In this document: positions 37,663 to 49,715 of the stretch, in pieces
Numbering within the stretch: the stretch's first letter is position 1
How the letters are laid out: every line of letters starts with the position of its first letter
Origin: an uncultured Pelagibacteraceae bacterium
Lineage (GTDB): Bacteria; Pseudomonadota; Alphaproteobacteria; Pelagibacterales; Pelagibacteraceae
Assembly (NCBI GenBank): GCA_902524535.1
Contig: CABZDR010000004.1
Coordinates: 11,902 to 75,901, forward strand
DNA: 64,000 nt
Direction: 5' to 3'
Notes under the pieces: generated by a model
The model's database searches: none
Seen by the model: only the letters and a program-made list of their open reading frames with translations
Told to the model about the DNA's origin: nothing
Program-made: the position numbers and the translations under genes

Positions 37663-37689
37663 TTGCAATATTTTATTTAATATCCATAT
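37663..37689 (+). promoter_or_regulatory. Possible RpoH (sigma32) promoter of lon
   Basis: TTG (37663-37665), N18, CCATAT (37684-37689), 7 nt before the lon ATG; resembles the alphaproteobacterial RpoH consensus. Confidence 0.35.
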
Positions 37690-37696
37690 TCTTCAT

Positions 37697-40075
37697 ATGG
37701 ACGTCAAATTTACATTACCTCTCTTACCTTTAAGAGACATTGTAGTATTTCCAAGTATGGTAATTCCTTTATTTGTTGGAAGGGATAAATCTATTTCAGC
37801 GCTTAATGAGGTGATGAAGAGGGAGAAAAAGATTATCTTGGTAACACAAAAAAATTCAGAAATTGATGATCCAAAAAAAATCGATATTTTTTTACAAGGT
37901 TGTGAGGGAAATATTTTGCAACTTTTAAAACTTCCAGATGGGACAGTTAAAGTTTTAGTAGAGGGAATAAGAAGAGTAAAAATTCTTGAATTTGTGGATA
38001 ACCAAAAATTTATAACTTGCGATTACTCACATTCTAAAGATGAAAATGAAAAAAATGAAGACCTTTATCCTTTGGCTGTAACAGCATTAAGAAGACTAGA
38101 AAAATTAACGTCTATAAATAAAAAAGTTTCCACTGAAACAATAAACAGCATAAAGCAATTGAAAGACCCCTCACAGATTGGAGACAATATAGCTTCGCAT
38201 TTGTCAGCTTCTATTTCAGAAAAACAGCAGATATTTGAAACTTTAGATGTAAAGAAGAGGTTAAACTCAATAATTAAGATTATGGAAAATGAAACAAGTA
38301 TCATTGGTGTTGAAAAAAGAATTAGAGGTAGGGTTAAAAATCAAATGGAAAAGACCCAGAGAGAGTACTATTTAAATGAACAACTTAAGGCGATTCAAAA
38401 AGAACTTGGAGAGATAGAAGATGGTAAAGATGAAAGTGCTAATTTAGATAAATCTATTTTGAAGGCTAAAATGCCAAAAGATGTTGAAAAAAAATGTCTT
38501 CAAGAACTAAAAAAATTAAAGAACATGAGCCCTATGTCAGCTGAAGCTACAGTTGTAAGAAATTATCTAGATTGGATGATTGATTTACCATGGTACAAAA
38601 AAAGCGAGGTAGATATTGATTTGAATAAGGCATTAACCATTTTAGATAAGGATCATTTTGGATTAGAAAAAATTAAAGAAAGAATTATAGAATTCTTGGC
38701 AGTTCAAAAAAGAATGGGTAAAATTAAAGGTCCTATCCTATGTCTAGTGGGACCTCCTGGTGTTGGTAAAACTTCTCTAGGGAAATCAATTGCCAAAGCT
38801 ACAAATAGAGAATTTGTAAGGATGTCTGTTGGTGGTATGAGAGATGAGGCTGAAATTAGAGGACATAGAAGAACCTATATTGGTTCTTTGCCTGGCAAAA
38901 TAATACAGATGATGAAAAAAGCTGGAACTAAAAATCCACTTATCCTTTTAGATGAAATAGATAAAATTGGAAATGATTATAGAGGTGATCCATCATCTGC
39001 TCTACTTGAAGCACTAGATCCAGAGCAAAATACAAATTTTAATGATCATTATCTAGAGGTAGATTATGATTTGTCAGACGTAATGTTTGTTACTACAGCA
39101 AACACTTTAAATATTTTACCCCCATTATTAGATAGAATGGAAGTTATAAGATTAGCCGGATACACAGAAGATGAAAAACTCAATATTGCAAATAAATACT
39201 TATTACCTAAACAAATAAAAGATAACGGCGTTAAAGAACAAGAAATGAAACTTGGTGACGACATAATTAAAGATATTATTAGAAATTATACAAAAGAGTC
39301 TGGAGTGAGAAATTTAGAAAGAGAAATCTCAAAAGTTGCACGTAAAGTAGTAAAAAAAGTTGTTTCTGGTGAAAAAAAGGAAGTAGTAGTTGATAAAAAT
39401 AATCTTCAAGATTTTCTAGGAGTTGCAAAATTTAAGTTTGGTGAATTAGAAAGTGAAAATAAAATTGGTATAGTAACTGGTTTAGCGTGGACAGAATACG
39501 GTGGTGAAATATTAAAGATTGAAACCGTAACAATGCCAGGTAAGGGAAGAATGCAAATTACAGGAAAACTTGGTGATGTTATGCAAGAGTCCGTTAAGGC
39601 AGCAAAATCTTTTGTTAGATCAAAATGTTTAGAATATGGAATAATCCCTCCTTTGTTTGAAAAAAAAGATTTCCATATCCATGTACCAGAGGGAGCTACA
39701 CCAAAAGATGGGCCTTCTGCTGGAGTTGGTATGGTAACTTCTATTGTGTCATCACTAACAAATATTCCAGTAAGAAAAGATATTGCAATGACTGGAGAAG
39801 TTACGATTACTGGTCAAGTTCTTCAAATCGGAGGATTAAAAGAGAAATTATTGGCAGCTCACAGAGCAGGTATTAAGGAAGTTTTAATTCCTAAAGAGAA
39901 CGAAAAAGATTTAGTGGATATGCCAAAAAAAATTACAGATGAGATTAAGATTACACCGGTTGAGCATGCAGATGAAGTTTTAAAAATATCTTTAACTAAA
40001 GAACTAAAAAAAACTGAGTGGGTAGAAGTTGATTTAACTAAAAAAGAGGATAAATCACAAGCAAGTATTCAATAA
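37697..40075 (+). CDS. lon: ATP-dependent protease La
   Basis: LPLRDIVVFP, GPPGVGKTS, HIHVPEGATPKDGPSAG, IGGLKEK. Confidence 0.98.
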   Translation: MDVKFTLPLLPLRDIVVFPSMVIPLFVGRDKSISALNEVMKREKKIILVTQKNSEIDDPKKIDIFLQGCEGNILQLLKLPDGTVKVLVEGIRRVKILEFVDNQKFITCDYSHSKDENEKNEDLYPLAVTALRRLEKLTSINKKVSTETINSIKQLKDPSQIGDNIASHLSASISEKQQIFETLDVKKRLNSIIKIMENETSIIGVEKRIRGRVKNQMEKTQREYYLNEQLKAIQKELGEIEDGKDESANLDKSILKAKMPKDVEKKCLQELKKLKNMSPMSAEATVVRNYLDWMIDLPWYKKSEVDIDLNKALTILDKDHFGLEKIKERIIEFLAVQKRMGKIKGPILCLVGPPGVGKTSLGKSIAKATNREFVRMSVGGMRDEAEIRGHRRTYIGSLPGKIIQMMKKAGTKNPLILLDEIDKIGNDYRGDPSSALLEALDPEQNTNFNDHYLEVDYDLSDVMFVTTANTLNILPPLLDRMEVIRLAGYTEDEKLNIANKYLLPKQIKDNGVKEQEMKLGDDIIKDIIRNYTKESGVRNLEREISKVARKVVKKVVSGEKKEVVVDKNNLQDFLGVAKFKFGELESENKIGIVTGLAWTEYGGEILKIETVTMPGKGRMQITGKLGDVMQESVKAAKSFVRSKCLEYGIIPPLFEKKDFHIHVPEGATPKDGPSAGVGMVTSIVSSLTNIPVRKDIAMTGEVTITGQVLQIGGLKEKLLAAHRAGIKEVLIPKENEKDLVDMPKKITDEIKITPVEHADEVLKISLTKELKKTEWVEVDLTKKEDKSQASIQ

Positions 40076-40169
40076 TGTAAATTAAATTTGTTGATCATAC
40101 ATTTATTGAAAATCACATTTATTAAGTTAATCTAATATTACTTCTAATTTATATGTATAGGAGGAAAAA

Positions 40170-41042
40170 GTGTCTTTGACTAAAAGAAATTCTTGCCCTG
40201 CTTGCAAAGATATAAAATTTAAGAAAATTTATTCTTTATTGTACAATTCAAAAAAAATGATAAGTTTTTTAGATACTTATTATAAAGGACTTATACCTAT
40301 ATATAGGCTGGATAGTTTTGAATATAAATTATTAGAATGTCAAAATTGTGATTTGATTTTTCAAGAGCAAATTCCAGATAAAAAATTTTCTCAGGAATTA
40401 TATGAAAATTATATTGATAAAGAAGATAGTCTTTTAAAAAAGAGTAGCTATGAAAAAAAATATTATAAAAAACTTAATTATGAAATTAATTTAATCAAGG
40501 GTATTTTAAAAAAGAACAGTGAGGAAATTTCTATATTGGATTATGGCGCTGGATGGGGTTTTTGGTTAAAGTTTTTTAAAAAGAATAATTTTAATGTTTA
40601 TGCTTATGAGGTGTCAGAAACTAGAATAAATTTTTTAAAAAAAAATAATATCCAATTAATTTCTGATATTACAAATACAGATACTAAATTTGATTTTATT
40701 TATTCTGAAGAAACCTTTGAACACATTACCAATCCAAAGGAAACGTTAATAAATCTATCAAAAATTTTAAAGGTTGGTGGATTTATTATGTTACGATTTC
40801 CTAGCAGTTTTTTATTTAAATATAAATTAAATGACAGTTATAAACCGACTACTGATTGTGCGCATCCTCTAGAACATATAAATTTACTGAAAAGAAAAAG
40901 CTTTAAAAAAATGATATTAGGTTCTGATTTAGAAATCATAGATTTGAAGTCTAAATTCAATTTTTCTATCAGAAATTTTTTAAAAGATATAAAAAATATT
41001 TTATATTTTGATTCTATTCTTATTAAAAAAACAAATAAATAG
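40170..41042 (+). CDS. Class I SAM-dependent methyltransferase with N-terminal CxxC/CxxC Zn motif
   Basis: CPAC...CQNC, ILDYGAGWG, FDFIYSEETFEHITNP, HPLEHIN; SD AGGAGG before a GTG start. Confidence 0.85.
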   Translation: MSLTKRNSCPACKDIKFKKIYSLLYNSKKMISFLDTYYKGLIPIYRLDSFEYKLLECQNCDLIFQEQIPDKKFSQELYENYIDKEDSLLKKSSYEKKYYKKLNYEINLIKGILKKNSEEISILDYGAGWGFWLKFFKKNNFNVYAYEVSETRINFLKKNNIQLISDITNTDTKFDFIYSEETFEHITNPKETLINLSKILKVGGFIMLRFPSSFLFKYKLNDSYKPTTDCAHPLEHINLLKRKSFKKMILGSDLEIIDLKSKFNFSIRNFLKDIKNILYFDSILIKKTNK

Positions 41043-41076
41043 CCTATAATAATTATTTGTGTTATGTACTTGATAC

Positions 41077-41751
41077 ATGAAAAAAATACTTGGAAACCCA
41101 AACGATACTAATAAAAAACTTATAAGTTTAATTGAAAGAATTAAAATTAATAATTTTTATTTGGAAAATAGAAAAGATTTTAGAGATCAAATTCTTAATG
41201 ATATAAAATCAGATGATGAAGTATTAGATATTGGCAAAGCCATGAGAGATAAACACAAAAAAATTGTTTGTAAAAATTTAGAGACACTAGATGTTAATGA
41301 TTTTGGAGATTACCCAGATATAATATGTGATATTTGCTCTGATGTAACAGCTCTAGAAAATAAATATGATAAAATAATTTGTATAGCAATACTTGAACAT
41401 GTTTACGACCCATTTAAAGCAGTAGCAAATTTAAAAAAATTACTTAAAGAGAATGGATTAATCTATGGAATGGTTCCATATCTTTACCATTATCATGCTC
41501 CTAAAGATTTGAAATTTCAAGATTATTTTAGATTTTCTAAAGATGCATTAGCTTATTTGTTTAAAGATTTTAGTCATGTTGAATTGTTCCCTATAAGGGG
41601 CAGGATATCATCGTCACTTCATATGATGTTTGCAGGCAGATGGAAAAACTATATGGAAAAAACAAATATAAATATTTTTTTAGACAAGTTATCAAGTAAT
41701 GAAAAGAATATTAAACAATGTAGTGGTTTTAATTTTATTGTAAAAAAATAA
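41077..41751 (+). CDS. Class I SAM-dependent methyltransferase-like protein
   Basis: VLDIG (degenerate motif I), PDIICDI, YDKIICIAILEHVYDP, VPYLYHYH...DYFRF. Confidence 0.8.
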   Translation: MKKILGNPNDTNKKLISLIERIKINNFYLENRKDFRDQILNDIKSDDEVLDIGKAMRDKHKKIVCKNLETLDVNDFGDYPDIICDICSDVTALENKYDKIICIAILEHVYDPFKAVANLKKLLKENGLIYGMVPYLYHYHAPKDLKFQDYFRFSKDALAYLFKDFSHVELFPIRGRISSSLHMMFAGRWKNYMEKTNINIFLDKLSSNEKNIKQCSGFNFIVKK

Positions 41752-41784
41752 TTTTTTTGAGCTATTTTTGATAATTAATTGAAC

Positions 41785-41812
41785 TTGACGTAGTTGTTCT
41801 AATAGATATAAA
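41785..41812 (+). promoter_or_regulatory. Putative sigma70 promoter of tRNA-Val/tRNA-Asp
   Basis: TTGACG, 16 nt, TATAAA, ending 17 nt before tRNA-Val. Confidence 0.5.
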
Positions 41813-41829
41813 ACATTCTTTTTGGTAAA

Positions 41830-41905
41830 GGGCGGTTAGCTCAGTTGGTAGAGCATCTCGTTTACACCGAGGGGGTCAAAGGTTCGAGTCCTTTACTGCC
41901 CACCA
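41830..41905 (+). tRNA. tRNA-Val(TAC)
   Basis: GGGCGGT/ACTGCCC-A-CCA, anticodon arm TCTCG-TT TAC AC-CGAGG, GGTTCGAGTCC. Confidence 0.98.
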
Positions 41906-41919
41906 AAAGAATCAAAAGT

Positions 41920-41996
41920 GGGGGTGTAGCTCAGTTGGTTAGAGCGATCGCCTGTCACGCGATAGGTCGAGGGTTCGAGTCCCTTCACTCCCGCCA
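41920..41996 (+). tRNA. tRNA-Asp(GTC)
   Basis: GGGGGTG/CACTCCC-G-CCA, anticodon arm ATCGC-CT GTC AC-GCGAT, GGTTCGAGTCC. Confidence 0.98.
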
Positions 41997-42101
41997 CTTT
42001 ATTGTTATCAGCTAATAATACTTACGAATTAGGCTGTATATTTTGAATAATGTGACCTAACACCACTTCATCTGGCTATAAAAAATGATATATATTCGTC
42101 C

Positions 42102-42470
42102 ATGACTGCGGAATTTTTAAAAGATTATTTGCCTATAATACTATTCCTAATTATCGCATTAGGTTTAAGTTGTGCTTTCATAATCATTAATTTCATCTTA
42201 TCTCCAAAGAATCCAGACCCTGAAAAATTATCAGCTTATGAATGTGGGTTTGAACCATTTCAAGACTCAAGAATGGAATTTGATGTAAGATTTTATCTTG
42301 TTGCGATACTCTTTATAATTTTTGACCTTGAAATTGCATTTTTATTTCCATGGGCAATATCTTTAGGAAATATTGGTATTTTAGGTTTTACGTCAATGAT
42401 GATTTTCTTATTCATATTAACGATTGGTTTTATTTATGAATGGAAAAAAGGTGCATTAGACTGGGAATAA
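42102..42470 (+). CDS. nuoA: NADH-quinone oxidoreductase subunit A
   Basis: [34 protein letters not shown]. Confidence 0.97.
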   Translation: MTAEFLKDYLPIILFLIIALGLSCAFIIINFILSPKNPDPEKLSAYECGFEPFQDSRMEFDVRFYLVAILFIIFDLEIAFLFPWAISLGNIGILGFTSMMIFLFILTIGFIYEWKKGALDWE

Positions 42471-42478
42471 AATTTAAA

Positions 42479-42994
42479 ATGAATAATAAGTTAGATAAAG
42501 TTCCAGATGAATTTAAAAAACTTGCAGAGGATTTTGGGAAGAATGGTTTCATCACTACTTCTTTAGAGAATCTAGTTAATTGGTCAAGATCTGGGTCTTT
42601 ACATTGGATGACTTTTGGGCTCGCTTGTTGCGCAGTTGAAATGATGCAAACAGCTATGCCAAGATATGATCTTGAAAGATTTGGTGCTGCCCCAAGGGGC
42701 TCACCTAGACAGTCTGATGTTATGATTGTTGCAGGTACTTTAACCAATAAAATGGCACCTGCGTTAAGAAAAGTTTACGATCAAATGCCTGAACCAAGAT
42801 ATGTAATATCAATGGGAAGTTGTGCTAATGGTGGAGGCTACTATCATTATTCTTACTCTGTAGTAAGAGGATGTGATCGTATTGTGCCTGTTGATGTTTA
42901 TGTACCAGGATGTCCACCTTCTGCAGAAGCTTTATTATATGGCATATTACAGTTACAAAAAAAAATAAGAAACAAAGGATCTTTTAATAGATAA
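42479..42994 (+). CDS. nuoB: NADH-quinone oxidoreductase subunit B (start taken at ATG 42479; ORF track extends to 42440)
   Basis: [28 protein letters not shown]. Confidence 0.96.
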   Translation: MNNKLDKVPDEFKKLAEDFGKNGFITTSLENLVNWSRSGSLHWMTFGLACCAVEMMQTAMPRYDLERFGAAPRGSPRQSDVMIVAGTLTNKMAPALRKVYDQMPEPRYVISMGSCANGGGYYHYSYSVVRGCDRIVPVDVYVPGCPPSAEALLYGILQLQKKIRNKGSFNR

Positions 42995-42996
42995 AA

Positions 42997-43602
42997 ATGA
43001 ATAATTTAATTGATTTAGAAAAAAAAATAAACTCAGAGCTAACGACTAAAATAAATAAAACTTCTATTAAGCATAATCAAATTTATGTTGAAATTGACAA
43101 AGAGGATTTAGTAGATGTCATTTTATTTATGAAAACAACCCAAGATATAAAATTTAGACAACTTATTGATATTACAGTTGTTGATTATCCAGAAGACACT
43201 CGAAGATTTAAAATTGTATATTTGTTTTTAAGTCATGAATATAATCAGAGAATGATCTTGAGTTATTTTATTAATGAGAACGAAGTTATATCCTCTATAA
43301 CTTCTGTTTTTCCATCAGCCAATTGGATGGAAAGAGAGGTATTTGACATGTATGGTGTAAATTTTAAAGACCATCCAGATTTAAGAAGAATACTTACAGA
43401 TTATGGTTTCGAGGGACATCCACTTAGGAAAGATTTTCCTCTAACTGGTCATACAGAGGTTAGATACAGTGAAGAGAAAAAAAAAGTTGTTAATGAGCAA
43501 GTAAAATTGGAGCAAAATTATAGAAATTTTGATTACGATAGTCCCTGGGAAGGCACTAAATATATTAAAGAAGTAACAGACTCTAATGACAAAAAAAATT
43601 AA
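42997..43602 (+). CDS. nuoC: NADH-quinone oxidoreductase subunit C
   Basis: [36 protein letters not shown]. Confidence 0.97.
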   Translation: MNNLIDLEKKINSELTTKINKTSIKHNQIYVEIDKEDLVDVILFMKTTQDIKFRQLIDITVVDYPEDTRRFKIVYLFLSHEYNQRMILSYFINENEVISSITSVFPSANWMEREVFDMYGVNFKDHPDLRRILTDYGFEGHPLRKDFPLTGHTEVRYSEEKKKVVNEQVKLEQNYRNFDYDSPWEGTKYIKEVTDSNDKKN

Positions 43603-44761
43603 AAATTTAAATTTAAATTTTGGCCCACAACATCCAGCAGCTCATGGTGTGCTTAGACTGATACTAGAGCTAGATGGTGAAGTTGTTGAAAAAGCTGATC
43701 CACATATTGGTTTATTACACCGTGGAACAGAAAAATTAATAGAGAACAAAACCTACATGCAAGCTGTCCCTTACTTTGATCGACTTGACTATGTCGCTCC
43801 AATGAACCAAGAACATGCTTTTGCTTTAGCTATTGAAAAAATTTTAGAAATTGATGTGCCAATAAGAGCTCAATACATAAGGGTGATGTTTTGCGAAATT
43901 GGAAGAATATTAAGTCATATACTGAATGTTACTACTCAAGCTTTAGATGTAGGTGCTTTAACTCCATCATTGTGGGGATTTGAGGAAAGAGAGACATTAA
44001 TGACTTTTTATGAGCGTGCTTCTGGATCAAGATTACACGCAAATTATTTTAGGGCTGGTGGTGTTCACCAAGATCTACCAGCAGGTTTAGAGAACGATAT
44101 CGCAAAATTTTGTGAGACTTTCCCAAAAATAATTAATGATCTAGAAAATCTTTTAACTGATAATAGAATATTTAAACAAAGAAACGTTGATATTGGGATA
44201 GTTTCAAAAGAAGATGCACTTGATTATTCTTTTAGTGGTGTGATGATCAGAGGCTCAGGTATTCCATGGGACCTTAGAAAATCACAACCATATGATTGTT
44301 ACGACCAATTAGAGTTCAAAATTCCTGTTGGTAAAAATGGTGATTGTTATGACAGATATTTATGTAGAATTGAGGAAATGAAAGAGAGTGTTTCAATAAT
44401 TAAACAATGTCTAGCTAAAATGGAAAAAGGTCCTATTAAAACTTTTGATGGGAAAATATCTCCTCCATCAAAAGCAGAAATTAAAAAGTCAATGGAGGCT
44501 TTAATACATCACTTTAAATTATTTACAGAGGGGTATCGTGTGCCTAAAGATGAAATTTATACAGCTGTTGAGGCACCAAAGGGTGAGTTCGGGGTATATT
44601 TAATTTCTGACGGGTCAAGCAAACCATATAAATGTAAAATTAGAGCACCAGGATTTTCCCATTTACAATCAATGGACTATCTGATTAAAGGGCATATGCT
44701 AGCAGATGTCCCTGCTGTACTTGGTTCTCTTGATATAGTCTTTGGTGAGGTTGACAGATGA
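43586..44761 (+). CDS. nuoD: NADH-quinone oxidoreductase subunit D
   Basis: [33 protein letters not shown]. Confidence 0.98.
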   Translation: MTKKIKNLNLNFGPQHPAAHGVLRLILELDGEVVEKADPHIGLLHRGTEKLIENKTYMQAVPYFDRLDYVAPMNQEHAFALAIEKILEIDVPIRAQYIRVMFCEIGRILSHILNVTTQALDVGALTPSLWGFEERETLMTFYERASGSRLHANYFRAGGVHQDLPAGLENDIAKFCETFPKIINDLENLLTDNRIFKQRNVDIGIVSKEDALDYSFSGVMIRGSGIPWDLRKSQPYDCYDQLEFKIPVGKNGDCYDRYLCRIEEMKESVSIIKQCLAKMEKGPIKTFDGKISPPSKAEIKKSMEALIHHFKLFTEGYRVPKDEIYTAVEAPKGEFGVYLISDGSSKPYKCKIRAPGFSHLQSMDYLIKGHMLADVPAVLGSLDIVFGEVDR

Positions 44762-45366
44762 GTTTAAGAAAACCAGCAAAAAATCAACCTGATATTTTTG
44801 AGTTTAACTCTTCATCATTAGATGCAGCAAAAAATATTATTGCCAAATATCCGTCAGGGAAACAACAAAGTGCAGTAATGGCATTATTATACATAGCTCA
44901 AAAACAAAATGATAATTGGATACCTTTAGCAGCCATGAAGTATATCGCAAAATTTTTAGATATGCCGTATATCAAAGTTTATGAAGTTGCCACTTTCTAT
45001 AGTATGTATAATTTGTCACCTGTAGGTAAATATTTTGTACAAGTGTGTACTACCACTCCATGCATGATAAGAGGAGCAAATAAACTCGTTGAAGCATGTA
45101 AAGAAAAAATTTCTGCGAATGAGTGTGAACTTTCAGATGATAAAAACTGTTCATGGATGGAAGTCGAGTGTTTAGGAGCATGTGTTAACGCACCTATGAT
45201 GCAAATTAATGATGATTATTTTGAAGATCTTGATAAGGAAAAAACTTTAGAAATTTTAGACAAAATACTAAGTGGTGAAAAACCTATGCCTGGCTCATAT
45301 AGAGGCAGGGTAAACAATGAACCAGAAAATAGTAGAAAAACTTTAATGGATTTAAAAAATGCTTGA
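44758..45366 (+). CDS. nuoE: NADH-quinone oxidoreductase subunit E
   Basis: [26 protein letters not shown]. Confidence 0.97.
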   Translation: MSLRKPAKNQPDIFEFNSSSLDAAKNIIAKYPSGKQQSAVMALLYIAQKQNDNWIPLAAMKYIAKFLDMPYIKVYEVATFYSMYNLSPVGKYFVQVCTTTPCMIRGANKLVEACKEKISANECELSDDKNCSWMEVECLGACVNAPMMQINDDYFEDLDKEKTLEILDKILSGEKPMPGSYRGRVNNEPENSRKTLMDLKNA

Positions 45367-46687
45367 AGATAAAGATAGAATTTTTCAAAATTTGTATAAT
45401 GATTTAGGTCCGGACTTAGACTCATCACAAAAAAGGGGAGATTGGATCAATACTAAAGAAATAACTGATAGAGGTAGGGATTGGATAATAAATGAAATTA
45501 AAGAGTCTCAACTTAGAGGAAGAGGTGGAGCTGGTTTTCCAACAGGTCTTAAATGGTCATTTGCACCTAAAGAAGTTGGGTCTAGACCACATTACTTAGT
45601 GATAAACGGTGATGAGTCAGAGCCAGGAACTTGTAAAGATAGAGATATTTTAAGATTCGAACCACATAAATTAATTGAGGGTTGTTTGATAGCTTCTTAT
45701 GCAATTCAGGCACACGTTTGTTATATTTATATAAGAGGTGAATATTTTGTAGACGGACAAAAACTTCAAGCAGCAATTAATGAAGCGTACAAAAAAAAAT
45801 TATTGGGTAAAAATGCAGCTGGCACTGGATGGGATTTAGATATTTATATTCACTATGGTGCTGGTGCTTATATTTGTGGTGAGGAAACTGCATTGCTAGA
45901 AAGTATAGAAGGAAAAAAAGGCCAACCAAGATTAAAACCTCCTTTTCCAGCATTAGTTGGTCTTTATGGTTGTCCAACAATAATTAATAATGTTGAGACA
46001 ATAGCAGTAGTTCCCACAATACTTAAAAGAGGTGGAAAATGGTTTGCATCTTTAGGAAGAGAAAAAAATACAGGTACAAAAATCTTTTGTATTTCTGGAA
46101 ATGTCAACAATCCTTGTAATGTTGAGGAAGAAATGAATATTCCTTTAAAAGAGTTAATTGAGGTTCATGCTGGAGGTGTTATTGGTGGTTGGGACAACTT
46201 GCAAGCTGTAATTCCAGGCGGATCATCAATGCCATTAATACCAAAAGATAAATGTGAAACACTGACAATGGATTTTGACTCTTTAGTAGCAGAAAAAAGC
46301 GGATTGGGGACAGCAGGTGTAGTTGTTATAAACAAGGATCAAGACATAATAAAATGCATGGCTAGAATTGCTAGATTTTATAAACATGAAAGTTGTGGAC
46401 AGTGTACACCTTGTAGAGAGGGATCAGGCTGGATGTGGAGAATGCTCGAAAGAATGGCAAAAGGGGAGGCATCAAAAGATGAAATTGAAATGTTAGGTGA
46501 TGTAACAAAACAAATTGAAGGTCACACTATTTGTGCTTTTGGTGAAGGGTCATCATGGCCTGTTCAAGGTTTGTTACGACATTTTAAGTATGAGATTAAA
46601 AAGAGGAATAAATTTGATCCAATTGTAAAAGAAAATAAGAACATTCCTTATTTAGTAGATCAACACTTATTAGATAAAAATGCTTAA
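45359..46687 (+). CDS. nuoF: NADH-quinone oxidoreductase subunit F
   Basis: [51 protein letters not shown]. Confidence 0.98.
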   Translation: MLEDKDRIFQNLYNDLGPDLDSSQKRGDWINTKEITDRGRDWIINEIKESQLRGRGGAGFPTGLKWSFAPKEVGSRPHYLVINGDESEPGTCKDRDILRFEPHKLIEGCLIASYAIQAHVCYIYIRGEYFVDGQKLQAAINEAYKKKLLGKNAAGTGWDLDIYIHYGAGAYICGEETALLESIEGKKGQPRLKPPFPALVGLYGCPTIINNVETIAVVPTILKRGGKWFASLGREKNTGTKIFCISGNVNNPCNVEEEMNIPLKELIEVHAGGVIGGWDNLQAVIPGGSSMPLIPKDKCETLTMDFDSLVAEKSGLGTAGVVVINKDQDIIKCMARIARFYKHESCGQCTPCREGSGWMWRMLERMAKGEASKDEIEMLGDVTKQIEGHTICAFGEGSSWPVQGLLRHFKYEIKKRNKFDPIVKENKNIPYLVDQHLLDKNA

Positions 46688-48713
46688 ATTAAAAGTAAAC
46701 GATATTGAAGTAGAGGTTGAAGAGGGACTTACTGTTCTTCAAGCTTGTGAGAAAGCTGGAGCAGAGATACCAAGATTTTGCTATCATGAAAAACTATCAA
46801 TAGCGGGTAATTGTAGAATGTGTTTAGTTGAAATGGAAAAGTCTCCAAAGCCGATAGCATCCTGTGCAATGCCAGCAACAGATGGAATGGTAATAAAAAC
46901 CAATACTCCTAAAATAGAAAAATCAAGAAAAGGTGTTATGGAGTTTTTATTAGCGAACCATCCTTTGGACTGCCCAGTTTGTGATCAAGGTGGAGAATGT
47001 GATCTTCAAGATCAATCAATGTTTTATGGGATAGATAAATCCAGATTTAAAGAAAATAAAAGAGCAGTGCCCGATAAGAATATGGGCCCATTAATTAAAA
47101 CTCAAATGACTAGATGCATTCATTGCACTCGTTGTGTAAGGTTTGCAACTGAAGTAGCTGGAGTTCCCGAGTTAGGAGCAATTGGAAGAGGTGAGGACAT
47201 GCAAATAACTACATATTTAGAACAATCAGTTCAATCCGAACTATCTGGAAATGTAATTGATCTTTGCCCTGTTGGAGCTCTAACATCTAAACCTTATGTA
47301 TTTGAGGCTAGACCGTGGGAATTAAAAAAAACTGAGACAATCGATGTAATGGATGCTGTTGGATCAAATATCAGAGTTGATACATATGATTGGGAGGTAA
47401 AAAGAGTTTTGCCAATTATTAATGAAGATATTAATGAAGAATGGATATCAGATAAAACAAGATACGCATGTGATGGATTACTCAATCAAAGACTAGATAC
47501 TCCCTATATAAAATATAATAACAAATTTGAAAAAGCTTCTTGGAAAGAGGTTTATAATATTATCAAATCTAAAGTTGAGAATACTGACTCTGAAAAAATT
47601 TGTGGCTTTGTTGGAGATTTAACAAATATGGAGACAAGCTTTATCTTTAAAGAATTTTTAGAAAGAACAATTAATACTAGGAAATATGATTTTAGACCAA
47701 AAAAAAGGTTAATAGATAATTCAAAAAGAGAAAATTATTTATTTAATTCTACGATAAATGGTATTGAAAAAGCAGATCTAATTTTATTGATTGGCACAAA
47801 CCCACGATTTGAAGCAACAATGCTTAATGCTAGAATACGAAAAGCATTCGTGAATAATAATACAAAGATTATCTCATTAAACAATGTTGGTGAATTGACT
47901 TATGAATATCAATGTCTGGACGGAAAAACCAAAACATTTAAAGATATTATTGATAATAATCACGAAATATCTAGAAAAATTATTAATTCAAAAAATCCGA
48001 TGATTATTTTAGGTGAGTCTTTTCAAAAGTTAAAATCAGCAAATTATTTATTTAACTCTTTAAAAGAATTTTTGTCTAAATATAATAAATTTACACAAGA
48101 TTGGAACCCTTTAAATTTGTTATCAGTAGATGCATCGACAGTTGGTAATTTAGATTTAGATTTAATTGACAACAGTAATACAATTTTAGATGATCTTAAC
48201 AAAAATAAGTTTGAAATTGTTTTTTTAGCTGGTCAAGATAATCTAGATTTTAAAAAGAAAGACGAGTTTATAATTTATCAGGGGAGCCATGGTGATAGGG
48301 GTGCTGAAATCGCAGACATTATTTTACCAGGTGCAGCTTTTACAGAGCAATCAGGTTATTATACTAATTTAGAGGGCAAAATCCAAAAAGCATACAAAGC
48401 CTCATACCCACCAGGCGATGCAAAAGAAGATTGGCAAATTATCAATGATCTTGCAGAAATTATGAATAAAAGGAAACTTTTTAACGATAAAGATGAACTC
48501 GAGAGTAGCATGTTTAATTATCTTAAGATAAAACAAGAGCAACTAACTTCAGATCATAATTATAAAAAAAATGATGATAATTTTGTTAATGAAATTTTAG
48601 ATATTAAGTTTAAAGATTATTATTTTTCAAATGTTATTGCACGATCGTCAAAAACAATGCTTGAATGTAACAACTCTAAATTAGATTTTAAAAAAACTGG
48701 CACTGAAGGTTAG
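46680..48713 (+). CDS. nuoG: NADH-quinone oxidoreductase subunit G
   Basis: [41 protein letters not shown]. Confidence 0.98.
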   Translation: MLKLKVNDIEVEVEEGLTVLQACEKAGAEIPRFCYHEKLSIAGNCRMCLVEMEKSPKPIASCAMPATDGMVIKTNTPKIEKSRKGVMEFLLANHPLDCPVCDQGGECDLQDQSMFYGIDKSRFKENKRAVPDKNMGPLIKTQMTRCIHCTRCVRFATEVAGVPELGAIGRGEDMQITTYLEQSVQSELSGNVIDLCPVGALTSKPYVFEARPWELKKTETIDVMDAVGSNIRVDTYDWEVKRVLPIINEDINEEWISDKTRYACDGLLNQRLDTPYIKYNNKFEKASWKEVYNIIKSKVENTDSEKICGFVGDLTNMETSFIFKEFLERTINTRKYDFRPKKRLIDNSKRENYLFNSTINGIEKADLILLIGTNPRFEATMLNARIRKAFVNNNTKIISLNNVGELTYEYQCLDGKTKTFKDIIDNNHEISRKIINSKNPMIILGESFQKLKSANYLFNSLKEFLSKYNKFTQDWNPLNLLSVDASTVGNLDLDLIDNSNTILDDLNKNKFEIVFLAGQDNLDFKKKDEFIIYQGSHGDRGAEIADIILPGAAFTEQSGYYTNLEGKIQKAYKASYPPGDAKEDWQIINDLAEIMNKRKLFNDKDELESSMFNYLKIKQEQLTSDHNYKKNDDNFVNEILDIKFKDYYFSNVIARSSKTMLECNNSKLDFKKTGTEG

Positions 48714-48716
48714 TTA

Positions 48717-49715
48717 ATGGAATATTTGAATATTATTTTTCAAGAAACTTATAAAATATTATTTTTATTGGTACCTGTTTTAGTCTCAGTTGCTATGATC
48801 GTATGGCTAGATAGAAGGGTGTGGGCTTTTGTTCAAAAAAGACAAGGTCCAAATGTCGTTGGTCCATTCGGTTTACTTCAATCATTAGCTGATGCTCTTA
48901 AATATATATTTAAAGAAATAATCATTCCAGCAAGTTCAAATAAAGTCATTTTTATTCTTGCGCCAATAATAACAATGACTCTAGCTTTAACGGCTTGGGC
49001 TGTAATTCCTTTTAATGAGAACAATGTTTTGGCAAACATTAATGTTGGTATTCTTTACATTTTTGCAGTTTCATCTCTAGGTGTGTACGGAATTATAATG
49101 GGAGGATGGGCTTCAAATTCGAAATATCCTTTTTTAGGAGCAATAAGATCTGCAGCACAAATGGTGTCTTACGAAGTTTCCATTGGTATAATCATAATTA
49201 ATGTTTTGCTGTGTGTTGGATCATTAAATTTGAATGATATTGTGAAGGCTCAAGAAAATATGTGGTTCGTCATTCCATTATTCCCCATGTTTGTTATTTT
49301 TTTTATTTCCGCATTAGCAGAAACAAATCGACCTCCCTTTGATCTACCTGAGGCAGAAGCTGAATTAGTTGCTGGCTATCAAACAGAATACTCTGGTATG
49401 ATGTATGCTATGTTTTGGTTAGGAGAGTATGCAAATATTTTGTTGATGTGTGCTTTAGGATCAATTTTATTTTTAGGAGGATGGTTATCACCAATTGACC
49501 TTTTTCCATTTAACATGATACCTGGTGCTATTTGGTTAATTTTTAAGATATTATTTTTATTTATACTTTTCGCACTAGTAAAAGCTATTGTGCCAAGATA
49601 TAGATATGATCAACTTATGAGATTAGGTTGGAAAATATTTTTACCACTATCTCTTACTTATGTTGTTTTGACAGCAAGTTATCTTTTTTATTTTAATCTT
49701 TTACCAGTAATTTAA
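48717..49715 (+). CDS. nuoH: NADH-quinone oxidoreductase subunit H
   Basis: [35 protein letters not shown]. Confidence 0.98.
   Translation: MEYLNIIFQETYKILFLLVPVLVSVAMIVWLDRRVWAFVQKRQGPNVVGPFGLLQSLADALKYIFKEIIIPASSNKVIFILAPIITMTLALTAWAVIPFNENNVLANINVGILYIFAVSSLGVYGIIMGGWASNSKYPFLGAIRSAAQMVSYEVSIGIIIINVLLCVGSLNLNDIVKAQENMWFVIPLFPMFVIFFISALAETNRPPFDLPEAEAELVAGYQTEYSGMMYAMFWLGEYANILLMCALGSILFLGGWLSPIDLFPFNMIPGAIWLIFKILFLFILFALVKAIVPRYRYDQLMRLGWKIFLPLSLTYVVLTASYLFYFNLLPVI

Noticed and set aside
31356-39264. Antisense ORFs over ybgC, tig, clpP, clpX and lon (e.g. 31356-31577, 35394-35720, 36296-36529)
   Set aside because: Shadow ORFs of conserved genes.
40099-40123. Direct repeat ACATTTATT x2 upstream of the methyltransferase islet
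   Set aside because: Short and AT-rich, with no matching copy seen at the other islet boundary, so not supportable as a target-site duplication.
34109-41996. Possible prophage or integrative element at tRNA-Leu, tRNA-Val or tRNA-Asp
   Set aside because: No integrase, phage genes or duplicated tRNA 3' ends (att sites) seen.
42440-42478. N-terminal extension of nuoB overlapping nuoA
   Set aside because: The in-frame ATG at 42479, just after the nuoA stop, is the more plausible start.
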